A DNA stretch of 54,643 nt from Eubacteriales bacterium (GCA_045594565.1 JAZNYT010000069.1:1-54643); one strand, 5' to 3'; positions 38,071 to 46,069 are shown, counted from the first letter of the stretch. Notes: a model not told the origin generated them from the letters alone. Numbers and translations are program-made.

Positions 38071-39311
38071 ACAGATTTGAATCAGCAAAAGAGCTTTACT
38101 CAAAATACGGAGTAGACGTTCAAAAGGCGATAGAAACAATAAAAAATGCCCCTGTAAGCCTTCATTGCTGGCAGGGTGACGACGTTAAGGGCTTTGATCA
38201 GGACGGCCCCTTGACAGGCGGTATTCAGACCACGGGCAACTACCTCGGAAAAGCGCGTACCCCCGATGAGCTTATGGCGGATATCGAAAAGGTTATCTCC
38301 CTTTGCCCCGGTAAAAAGAAGCTCAACGTTCACGCTTGCTATGCTATTTTCGATGGCGAGAGAGTAGACCGCGACAAGCTTGAACCCAAGCACTTTAAAA
38401 AGTGGGTAGACCTTGCTAAAAAGTACAATATGGGTATAGATTTTAACCCTACCTTCTTTTCACATCCTATGTGCAAGGACGGACTTACTCTTTCAAGTCC
38501 CGATGAAAATGTGAGAAAATTCTGGATAGAGCACGGAAAGGCGTGCATTCGTATTTCGGAGTATTTTGCAAATGAGACGGGTATTCCCTGCGTTATGAAC
38601 ATCTGGACGGGAGACGGCTTTAAGGATATCCCCGCCGACAGAATGGGACCCCGAAAGAGATACAAGGAGTCTATCGAAGAAATTCTTCTGGAGCCCTTCG
38701 ACAAAACAAAGGTAAAGCCCTGCGTCGAATCGAAGGTATTCGGTATTGGTGTTGAAGCCTTTACTGCAGGCAGTGCGGAATTCTCTCTTTCCTTTGCCGC
38801 AACTCACGATGGCTGTCTGCCTCTTATGGATAACGGACATTATCATCCCACCGAGGTGGTTTCGGATAAGATTCCCGCCCTTCTTTGCTTCTTCGACGAA
38901 ATTGCCCTTCACATAACGAGACCTATCCGTTGGGACTCCGACCACGTTGTGATTTTCGATGACGAAACAAAGGAGATGGCGAAGGAAATAGTGCGCTGTG
39001 ATGCTCTTGACAGAGTTTATATGGCACTTGATTACTTTGATGCAAGTATCAACCGCATTGCCGCCTGGACAGTGGGCTTCCGCAGTTGGCAGAAGGCACT
39101 CCTCGCCGCACTTTTGACACCGCACACTATGCTTCGTGAGCTTCAGGACAAGGGTGAGTTCACAAAGCTTATGGTAATGAACGAGGAGATAAAGACTCTG
39201 CCCTTTGGTGATATTTGGGCGCACTATTGCGAAACCGAAGGTGTTCCATCCGATGAGAGCTGGTACGCCGAGGTGGAGAGTTATGAAAAAGAAGTTCTGC
39301 TTGACAGATAA
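38067..39311 (+). CDS. rhaA: L-rhamnose isomerase
   Basis: SLHCWQGDDV, DFNPTFFSHP, FWIEH, VESKVFGIG, GHYHPTE, RPIRWDSDHV, LDYFDASINR. Confidence 0.95.
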   Translation: MNRFESAKELYSKYGVDVQKAIETIKNAPVSLHCWQGDDVKGFDQDGPLTGGIQTTGNYLGKARTPDELMADIEKVISLCPGKKKLNVHACYAIFDGERVDRDKLEPKHFKKWVDLAKKYNMGIDFNPTFFSHPMCKDGLTLSSPDENVRKFWIEHGKACIRISEYFANETGIPCVMNIWTGDGFKDIPADRMGPRKRYKESIEEILLEPFDKTKVKPCVESKVFGIGVEAFTAGSAEFSLSFAATHDGCLPLMDNGHYHPTEVVSDKIPALLCFFDEIALHITRPIRWDSDHVVIFDDETKEMAKEIVRCDALDRVYMALDYFDASINRIAAWTVGFRSWQKALLAALLTPHTMLRELQDKGEFTKLMVMNEEIKTLPFGDIWAHYCETEGVPSDESWYAEVESYEKEVLLDR

Positions 39312-39318
39312 GAACATT

Positions 39319-39348
39319 TAAGGGAGTGCTTTAAAAGGCACTCCCTTA
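39319..39348 (+). terminator. Terminator hairpin after rhaA
   Basis: TAAGGGAGTGC...GCACTCCCTTA followed by T-rich sequence. Confidence 0.7.
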
Positions 39349-39438
39349 TATTTTGGATTAAAAGTCATCATCCTGTCGTAAAGAAGCTTCAAGTATTTCC
39401 TTAACCTTCTTTGGAAGCTTGAAAAGATTTACAATCAA

Positions 39439-39468
39439 GGCGATAATAGTTCGACTCTCTTCGGCTAT
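39439..39468. repeat. 30-bp sequence with an exact inverted copy at 54505-54534
   Basis: GGCGATAATAGTTCGACTCTCTTCGGCTAT. Confidence 0.9.
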
Positions 39469-39789
39469 CATAAGCTTGCTCCTTAATCGAAAGTGTTGTT
39501 GTTTTTGTGTTAAGATTCTATCACAAGCAGTATACAATAAAAAGGACAACGAAACCCCTAAACTTTTTTACGCGCTTTGCCTCCTTGAGGTTCAAGTCCT
39601 TTCGGATTTATCTACAAAACAAAAAACACCCCAAGGGGTGTTTCTTTGTTTTGGGAAATAACTCTAATTTTGATAAAATGCATCTCCTATAAGGAATTTT
39701 GCACCCCCCTTATAGCGAATGCACCCCCTCATAAAAAAGCATGATGAGTTGTATTTTGCAACAAAACATCATGTTTTAATGATATTTTA

Positions 39790-39818
39790 TTGACTTATGC
39801 AAACAATTATGGTATAAT
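39790..39818 (+). promoter_or_regulatory. sigma-A promoter of the HTH-methyltransferase operon
   Basis: TTGACT-17 bp-TATAAT with an extended TG. Confidence 0.75.
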
Positions 39819-39860
39819 GTAATCTAATATATAATCATCGTGAAAGGAGATTATGGTTAT

Positions 39861-40079
39861 ATGGCTGTTAAGTATATAAAGTTGTGGAAACTTTTGTTAG
39901 ATAAAAATTTGAAACGAACCGACTTAATATCAATAGCAGGAATAAGTACAAATGTATTAGCTAAACTAGGGAAAGATGAATTTGTCGCTATGGAAAGTCT
40001 TGAAAAAATCTGCAAGGCTTTAAATTGTGATATTAGTGACATCTCTGAATTTTGTTTCGAGGAGAATAGTGATGTTTGA
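39861..40079 (+). CDS. Small Cro/C1-type HTH protein (HTH_26-like)
   Basis: YIKLWKLLLDK..KRTDL..AGIS..LAKLGKDE.V.MESLEKICKALNCDISDI; overlaps the MTase start. Confidence 0.88.
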   Translation: MAVKYIKLWKLLLDKNLKRTDLISIAGISTNVLAKLGKDEFVAMESLEKICKALNCDISDISEFCFEENSDV

Positions 40080-41073
40080 AAATACATTTAACAATGCAGT
40101 AGGATATTCAACTGATCGAGGAATGTGCATCTGCGGTGATTCCTTAGATTTAATGAAGAGGTTAGATGACGAAAGTGTGAGTTTGGTTGTAACTAGTCCT
40201 CCGTTTGCGTTACAAAGAAAAAAGGAATATGGAAATGAAAATCAAGAACAGTATGTTGATTGGTTGTGTGAATTCGGGAAAATCGTTTATAAAAAGCTAA
40301 AAGAAGACGGTAGCTTTGTTATAGATTTAGGAGGAGCTTACGAAAAAGGTATGCCAACATATAGTTTGTATCAATTTAGAACATTGATACAGCTCTGTGA
40401 TGTTGTTGGTTTTTCATTAGCGCAACCATTTTATTGGCATAATCCCAGTGCATTACCCGCACCTATCGAGTGGGTTAATAAGCGAAAGTTACGAGCTAAA
40501 ACCTCGGTAAATACCGTTTGGTGGTTGTGCAAAAATCCCCACTGCAAAGCAGATGTTACGCAAGTACTGACTCCATATTCTTCTAGAATGCAGCGACTTA
40601 TCAATAATCCTGAAGAGTTTGTTAAGGAAGAAGGAACGGTAAGACCGTCTGGGCATGTTTTAGGAAAATCATCGTGGGGAAAGGATAATGGCGGAGCTAT
40701 ACCGCCCAATTTGTTACAGATTTCCAACAGTGAAAGTAATAGTCAATATTTAAGAATATGTAAAGCATTAGGAGTTAAAGGACATCCTGCTCGTTTTCCA
40801 CAAGGTTTACCTGAATTTTTCATTAAATTTCTTACTAATAAAAATGATATTGTTGTAGATATATTTGGTGGGAGCAATACTACCGGTCAGGTGGCGGAAA
40901 AGCTCAACCGAAAATGGTTGAGCTTTGAATTATCACAGGAATATGTGGCTGCATCAATATTTAGATTTTCAAATGATATAAATAAATCGAAAGATAATTA
41001 TGATAGAATTATGGCAGGAGAATTTATAACATTACCATCGCAACCAGAACAAATGTGTTTAGAACTCGATTGA
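40072..41073 (+). CDS. Beta-class amino DNA methyltransferase, M.PvuII-like (probable m4C)
   Basis: GDSLDL, SLVVTSPPFALQRKKEYGN, EWVNKRKLR, GGAIPPNLLQISNSESN, HPARFP, VVDIFGGSNTTG; closely follows M.PvuII motifs as recalled. Confidence 0.9.
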   Translation: MFENTFNNAVGYSTDRGMCICGDSLDLMKRLDDESVSLVVTSPPFALQRKKEYGNENQEQYVDWLCEFGKIVYKKLKEDGSFVIDLGGAYEKGMPTYSLYQFRTLIQLCDVVGFSLAQPFYWHNPSALPAPIEWVNKRKLRAKTSVNTVWWLCKNPHCKADVTQVLTPYSSRMQRLINNPEEFVKEEGTVRPSGHVLGKSSWGKDNGGAIPPNLLQISNSESNSQYLRICKALGVKGHPARFPQGLPEFFIKFLTNKNDIVVDIFGGSNTTGQVAEKLNRKWLSFELSQEYVAASIFRFSNDINKSKDNYDRIMAGEFITLPSQPEQMCLELD

Positions 41074-41592
41074 ATCGGGATCGATTGGTTCATATTCATC
41101 AATAGGGTATACTCTTATTCCATTTTCACGCACAAATTTTACTGGTATTTTAGGGTTGTTTAAATGAGGCATTACTGTTAATTTATCTTCCCAACGTTGG
41201 TACAATGGTTCAAGCATTTGGGGAGTCATGACATAGATTTCATCTAACGTAATACCCCTATATATAGCAAATGTCCAAGGAACCCTTCTATATTTATCAA
41301 TAATAGTTTGAGTTGTATGATGGTTCGTGCTAAATCCACTAGCGCTTGTCAATAGATTTATTGACTTCATTTCCCATTCAGTTCCACTTGGTGAAATCGC
41401 ATCATTGCCTTCTCTGCCAGGAAGAACTCTCATATTCAAGTATATTAGTTGCTGTAAAATTTTGGCTCCATTATCTTGAAATATATCATCAATGCCAAAT
41501 TCTTTAGCCATTTCTGATAAATCATGTAAATTGTTCCATAGCTGATTTAATTTATTGATTAGTCGCTTGTGTTCATGACCATAAAATCGCAT
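41059..41592 (-). CDS. Type II restriction endonuclease, PvuII family (predicted CAGCTG)
   Basis: GIDDIFQDNGAKILQ, VLPGREGNDA, EWEMKSINL, GFSTNHH, KYRRVPWTFAIYRGI, NNPKIPVKFV parallel R.PvuII (GINDIFQDNGGK, LPGREGNDA, ELKS, GFSTHHH, NNPKIP). Confidence 0.92.
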   Translation of the reverse strand: MRFYGHEHKRLINKLNQLWNNLHDLSEMAKEFGIDDIFQDNGAKILQQLIYLNMRVLPGREGNDAISPSGTEWEMKSINLLTSASGFSTNHHTTQTIIDKYRRVPWTFAIYRGITLDEIYVMTPQMLEPLYQRWEDKLTVMPHLNNPKIPVKFVRENGIRVYPIDEYEPIDPDSIEF

Positions 41593-41596
41593 TTTA

Positions 41597-41812
41597 TTAG
41601 TTCCTTTCATCCAAAAACAATTTATAAGTTTCAATCTCAAGAGCATCTGCTATCCGTTGAATATTTTCTAACGAAATACTTCGACGATAACATTCAATAG
41701 CACTAATATATGTACGATGCATTCCACTTTTTTCTGCAAAAGCTTCTTGTGACATTCCAATAGCAGTGCGATATTTCTTTAAATTTGTGCCAAACACCTT
41801 TACAATATCCAT
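41597..41812 (-). CDS. R-M controller (C) protein, XRE HTH
   Basis: FGTNLKKYR..GMSQEAFAEKSGMHRTYISAIE..RRSISLENIQRIADALEI; directly upstream of R; GGGAGGG RBS. Confidence 0.9.
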   Translation of the reverse strand: MDIVKVFGTNLKKYRTAIGMSQEAFAEKSGMHRTYISAIECYRRSISLENIQRIADALEIETYKLFLDERN

Positions 41813-41852
41813 ATCTACAACCCTCCCATGATAACATTTTAATTGAAATGAA

Positions 41853-41878
41853 CACAAAAAGTCTACATACAATAAGTA
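41853..41878 (-). promoter_or_regulatory. C-box operator pair
   Basis: Minus strand TACTTATTGTA-TGTA-GACTTTTTGTG, in the format of the PvuII C-box (GACTnnnAGTC-TGTA-GACTnnnAGTC). Confidence 0.65.
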
Positions 41879-42090
41879 TCTTTTGCCATGCGAACCCTTT
41901 TTTGTATCACATGAACCCCTTTTCGGCCATTTGAACCCTATTACTTTCGCAAAAAGCATCTAAAAAAGAAAAAAACGCTTCTAATTTTCTTCGAAGCGGT
42001 TAAATAATTGTTTTAAAAGTGACGAAAAGCCTTATTTTAAACCAAAAATCAATAACCCCAACTTTTTATCAAAGCAAAATCATCAATTTA

Positions 42091-42255
42091 ATGAAATCGT
42101 GCAAATCACGATGAAATCCAAACAAGTTTGGATGAAATCCTCGCTCGGCTCGGATGAAATTAAATCCGTCTTAATATATCCGCCGAAGGCGATTTCATCA
42201 GCGAAGCAGATTTCATCCTCTGACTGAGGATTTATCCCGTCACAAGACGGATTTA
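42091..42255. repeat. ATGAAATC/GATTTCAT hairpin array
   Basis: ATGAAAT at 42091, 42111, 42132, 42154; GATTTCAT at 42191, 42209 and a variant at 42229; TAAATCCGTCTT (42161) pairs with AAGACGGATTTA (42244). Confidence 0.8.
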
Positions 42256-42292
42256 GTTGAAAAAGACCTTAACATTTTATCAAAGTTAAGGT

Positions 42293-42317
42293 CTTTTTCT
42301 GGTGCGCTTGACAGGAC
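42293..42317 (-). repeat. Duplicated tRNA-Leu 3' end (att-like)
   Basis: CTTTTTCTGGTGCGCTTGACAGGAC is identical to 42777-42801; it has its own terminator hairpin at 42259-42299. Confidence 0.9.
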
Positions 42318-42743
42318 ACGTCTTGCTTTGCAATCCGTACTGCTCGTCCACCCAAACGCGGGGCGTTTCGGTACCGGACTTCGCAACAAAGCGCTACAAA
42401 ACTTGCCACCGGCAACTTTTGTTTTACGCGCTTTGCCTCCTTGAGGTTCAAGTCCTCTCGATTTATCTACAAAACAAAAAACACCCCAAGGGGTGTTTCT
42501 TGTTTTGGTGCGGGTGTTCTTATAGGATTTACCCACAAATGCCGTAAAATCAAGGGTTTTAGAGAGACATAACAAGCACTTATACTAAAAAGTCGATATG
42601 CAAACTTTGTTTTCTCGATATTTTTACTTCGTAAAATCGATGTGTTTTTATAAGTATCGTTGCCGTAAGGGAACATATCGTGCCGTCAGGCATATCGAGT
42701 TCCAACGGAACCTATCAAAAATCTGGCAGAGATTTATATGATT

Positions 42744-42783
42744 GAAAAAGCGACAGAAATCTGTCGATTTCTGTCGCTTTTTC
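42744..42783 (-). terminator. Terminator after tRNA-Leu
   Basis: GAAAAAGCGACAGAAATC-TGTC-GATTTCTGTCGCTTTTTC. Confidence 0.8.
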
Positions 42784-42866
42784 TGGTGCGCTTGACAGGA
42801 CTTGAACCTGCACGTGAAGACACTAGATCCTAAGTCTAGGGCGTCTGCCAATTCCGCCACAAGCGC
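42784..42866 (-). tRNA. tRNA-Leu (anticodon TAG)
   Basis: GCGCTTGTGGCGGAATTGGCAGACGCCCTAGACTTAGGATCTAGTGTCTTCACGTGCAGGTTCAAGTCCTGTCAAGCGCACCA: acceptor GCGCTTG/CAAGCGC, anticodon loop CTTAGGA, variable arm, T-loop TTCAAGT, encoded CCA. Confidence 0.97.
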
Positions 42867-43023
42867 ATATTTGAAGTAATAGTGAATAGGTAAGAAGTTA
42901 GGTTAATTTGCCTTCGGCAAATCTTCACTTTTTATTCTTTATCCGTCGTGCATTTATTCTATCACAAAACGTCTTGAAAATCAACACGAAAAAAGGAAAA
43001 TGTGAGAAAAATTAAAAAAAGTC

Positions 43024-43052
43024 TTGCATTTTTAAAAATGTTGTGATATAAT
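43024..43052 (+). promoter_or_regulatory. sigma-A promoter of rplS
   Basis: TTGCAT-17 bp-TATAAT with TG. Confidence 0.7.
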
Positions 43053-43079
43053 ACATCTCGCTTACTATGGAGATTTATA

Positions 43080-43115
43080 GGGATAGTCCTCTGCTGGACT
43101 CGGCATGAACATTCC
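43080..43115 (+). ncRNA. Ribosomal protein L19 leader
   Basis: GGATAGTCCTCTGC...GGCATGAACATTCC hairpin in the rplS 5' UTR, matching the Firmicutes L19-leader pattern as recalled. Confidence 0.7.
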
Positions 43116-43150
43116 TTTACTTTCCAATTATATGGAAGGAGGAGCCTAAA

Positions 43151-43495
43151 ATGGATCTTATTAAGGCTTTCACAAACGAGCAGATTAAGGCTGAAGCACC
43201 TGAATTCAGAATCGGTGACACAGTTCGTGTTCACAACAGAATCAAGGAAGGTGCAAGAGAGAGAATTCAGTACTTTGACGGTACTGTTATCGCCAAGAAG
43301 AACGGCGGTATCTCCGAGACCTTCACTGTAAGAAGAATTTCTAACGGTGTTGGTGTTGAGAAAACTTTCCCTCTTCATTCGCCTAACGTAGTTGCGGTTG
43401 ACGTTATCCGTGAAGGTAAGGTACGCCGTGCTAAGCTTTATTATCTTCGTGACCGCGTAGGTAAGGCTGCAAAGGTTAAAGATAAGGCAAAATAA
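43151..43495 (+). CDS. rplS: 50S ribosomal protein L19
   Basis: [50 protein letters not shown]. Confidence 0.99.
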   Translation: MDLIKAFTNEQIKAEAPEFRIGDTVRVHNRIKEGARERIQYFDGTVIAKKNGGISETFTVRRISNGVGVEKTFPLHSPNVVAVDVIREGKVRRAKLYYLRDRVGKAAKVKDKAK

Positions 43496-43503
43496 GCTCA
43501 ATC

Positions 43504-43535
43504 AAAAAGGACTTGATTTTATCAAGTCCTTTTTT
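43504..43535 (+). terminator. Terminator of rplS
   Basis: AAAAAGGACTTGAT-TTT-ATCAAGTCCTTTTTT. Confidence 0.85.
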
Positions 43536-43657
43536 CCTTTAAGTGAATTTTTATTCTTAAAAAAGCGTTTTTTTGTTGACAATATAGGCTAATAAATGAT
43601 ATTATAAAGAAACAGGAGGCGCGCCTCCAAAAAAGACGAAAGTGAAAGGGATTTATT

Positions 43658-45994
43658 ATGGAAGGCTATAAGCAGATATACGTTTCTCCTACAGGAAACG
43701 ACAGTGCTGACGGAAGTATAAAGGCACCGTTTCAGACAGTCGAGAGAGCGTATGATGAGATTTGTAAAACGAAGGAAAGCATAGAGGTAAATCTTCTACC
43801 CGGTACCTTCAAGCTGACAAAAACCTTAAAGTTTGATTCAACTAATACAAGCGAAGACCGCAAAATCGTCTTCAAGGGGGACGGCGCTACCGTTTTCGGC
43901 GGCAGATACGTTACAGGTTGGGAAAAGTACACCGACAAAATTTACAAGGCACATCTTGATATGGAGGACGTAAGAAACTTTTACGTCAATACCTTCCCTG
44001 CCACCAGAGCGAGAAGTAAGTATTCATATTCTACCAGCGACGTGTATAAAAAAGGTGACGCAGTGGTAGGTATCAAGGTGGGCGAAAAGAACTTCCCGAG
44101 GAACTTTACTAACTTCAAAGACCTTGAGATAGTTAATCCTTACGAGTGGGAAACACACCGTTTCCGTGTTATTGACTATAAGTATCTTCCCGAAAGCCGT
44201 GAATATGCCTTCGAGTTTGACTTAACCGACAACAAAATAACACGTCTCGGTACTACCACAAAGGGCTTCTATCTCGAAAACGACTTCTCTCTTCTTGATG
44301 AAGAGGGCGAGTTCTTCTTTGATAAGGCTTCAAAGACTATATACTACTATCCTTATGCAGAAGAGGACCTTGAAACTGCCGAGTGCTACGTTGGCGAAAA
44401 GGAAATGTTTGTGTCCATTTACGGTGAGAGTAACGAAAAACGCGCTTGCAACGTAACCTTTGAGGGTATCCGCTTTGCAGGCGGTGCTTGTAACGTTTTC
44501 TCAAAGTACGGCTATCTTTCACATCAGTCCGACCACATATCCGAGGCCTCTCCTCTTCGCTCGGCAGAGCCTCAGAAGGACGGCTTCTTCGGCATGAACA
44601 CCTGCCAGTTCGGTATAAACTGTGCTGAGAACATTGAATTCAAGAATTGTGAATTCATCAATATGGGTTCAGCCGTTATCGGTATGACTCACAGTGTTTC
44701 AAACGTACTTATCGAGGGTAATATCATAAGAGACGTTTCGGCAAATGCAATCCGTGTAGGACATCCTTCACACAGAAATCCCGTAGAGGGCATCGACGTA
44801 TGTCGTTATATCACAATTCAGAACAACGTTATCATAAGACCCTGCGGAGAGCTCTTCAGCAACTGCGGTATCAGCGTATACTATGAAAACAACGTGAAGA
44901 TACGCCACAACGTTATTGAGGATACTCCTTATACGGGCGTTTCACTCAGCTGGGGCTGGGAGGGCGCAGTCGGCTACGAATGCCGTGATATTGAGTTTGC
45001 ATACAACAGAGTTACACGTCCTATGGGACTTCTTTCAGACGGCGGCGGACTTTACACTCTCGGCGAAATCAAGAACGGACGTATCCACCACAACGTATTT
45101 GAGGATAGCCGCGACAGAGCTATTTACAACGATGCAGGCGCGGCGCAGACCACCTCTCACGATAACGTAATTCTCGGTTGCTCACTTCCTTTCTATGTTC
45201 AGGAAACAAAATATCGTACAAACAATATTAACTTCTACAATAACTATTCCGACAGAGAAAGCATTGCGGTTCCTGTGCATGAAACTATCAAGGCAGACCC
45301 CGTGATTCTCATTGACAGAAACAATCTCACAGGCGCGGCAAAGGAAATATATGACAATGCAGGTCCTACCAACGAATACCGTCACCTTGTTGAAAAGGCA
45401 GCAATTCCCACATGGCACAGAAAGAGAACCGGAGGCGGTTGGAAGAAGGACTTCAAGAGTGATAGCGATAAGCTTATCAGCAAGCTCAGATGCGAATTTG
45501 AGGCAGAGGACTTTATTAAAGGTGGAGAAGGCGTTGCCTTCCATAAGACCTTCAAGCCCAGAAAGAACAACAACGGCTACCGTCCCGAGGAAGTACACCT
45601 GCATTACAACCCTCAGTTCCTCAGCTATGTGATTCATAAGATTGATGTGGGCGAGTGGCTTTGCTACGACGTTGAAGTTCCTGAGGACGACAACTATTAT
45701 CTCGACATTATCGGTCAATTCGGAGTAAATGATACACCTATTATGACGGCGCATCTTGACGGAGAGCTTCTGTCAGACAGTATCCACGGCACAGAAAAGC
45801 TTGCCGTAGGCTCAAGTGCAACCGTAGGTCCTTTCCCCATGAAGAAGGGAGTTCACAGACTCAAGCTGGAATTTACAGTGCCCTTCCTCTTTGATAAATT
45901 CAGAATTTACACAGGCAAGGAAGCGCCTGTTCCCGAAGAGCTTTTCTATAAATCAGACGACAATTACGAGGACGGTTTATTCTCGAAGGCTTAA
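43658..45994 (+). CDS. Right-handed parallel beta-helix protein with a C-terminal CBM6/35-like domain (probable carbohydrate-active enzyme, GH141-like)
   Basis: YVSPTGNDSADGS..PFQT start, LDEEGEFFFD, Asn-ladder repeats, YTGVSLSWGW, DGGGLYTLG; C-terminal FEAEDF...GEWLCYDV. No signal peptide seen. Confidence 0.75.
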   Translation: MEGYKQIYVSPTGNDSADGSIKAPFQTVERAYDEICKTKESIEVNLLPGTFKLTKTLKFDSTNTSEDRKIVFKGDGATVFGGRYVTGWEKYTDKIYKAHLDMEDVRNFYVNTFPATRARSKYSYSTSDVYKKGDAVVGIKVGEKNFPRNFTNFKDLEIVNPYEWETHRFRVIDYKYLPESREYAFEFDLTDNKITRLGTTTKGFYLENDFSLLDEEGEFFFDKASKTIYYYPYAEEDLETAECYVGEKEMFVSIYGESNEKRACNVTFEGIRFAGGACNVFSKYGYLSHQSDHISEASPLRSAEPQKDGFFGMNTCQFGINCAENIEFKNCEFINMGSAVIGMTHSVSNVLIEGNIIRDVSANAIRVGHPSHRNPVEGIDVCRYITIQNNVIIRPCGELFSNCGISVYYENNVKIRHNVIEDTPYTGVSLSWGWEGAVGYECRDIEFAYNRVTRPMGLLSDGGGLYTLGEIKNGRIHHNVFEDSRDRAIYNDAGAAQTTSHDNVILGCSLPFYVQETKYRTNNINFYNNYSDRESIAVPVHETIKADPVILIDRNNLTGAAKEIYDNAGPTNEYRHLVEKAAIPTWHRKRTGGGWKKDFKSDSDKLISKLRCEFEAEDFIKGGEGVAFHKTFKPRKNNNGYRPEEVHLHYNPQFLSYVIHKIDVGEWLCYDVEVPEDDNYYLDIIGQFGVNDTPIMTAHLDGELLSDSIHGTEKLAVGSSATVGPFPMKKGVHRLKLEFTVPFLFDKFRIYTGKEAPVPEELFYKSDDNYEDGLFSKA

Positions 45995-46069
45995 ATACTT
46001 CGGCTTAATCGAACCTGCTTCAACAGAAAGATGCGAACAAAAGGACTTCAAAAATTGGCTTTATAACGT

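Larger units (their letters stand above)
39566..42508. mobile_element. tRNA-Leu-associated AT-rich mini-island bounded by ~88-bp direct repeats and carrying an R-M system; no integrase
   Basis: Direct repeats at 39566-39654 and 42422-42508; sharp drop in GC; duplicated tRNA 3' end at 42300-42317. Confidence 0.75.

Noticed and set aside
39358-39692. Small ORFs left of the R-M island as intact genes
   Set aside because: They run through the 30-bp and 88-bp repeats with no RBS; at most a short gene-tail remnant is present.
42430-42470. A second tRNA on the plus strand at GGTTCAAGTCC (also 39588-39600)
   Set aside because: Only a T-arm-like motif is present; there is no D-arm, anticodon arm or acceptor stem with CCA.
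42240-42860. ORFs overlapping the tRNA and its downstream repeats
   Set aside because: They overlap tRNA-Leu, terminators and repeat modules; MAELADALDLGSS is a translated tRNA.
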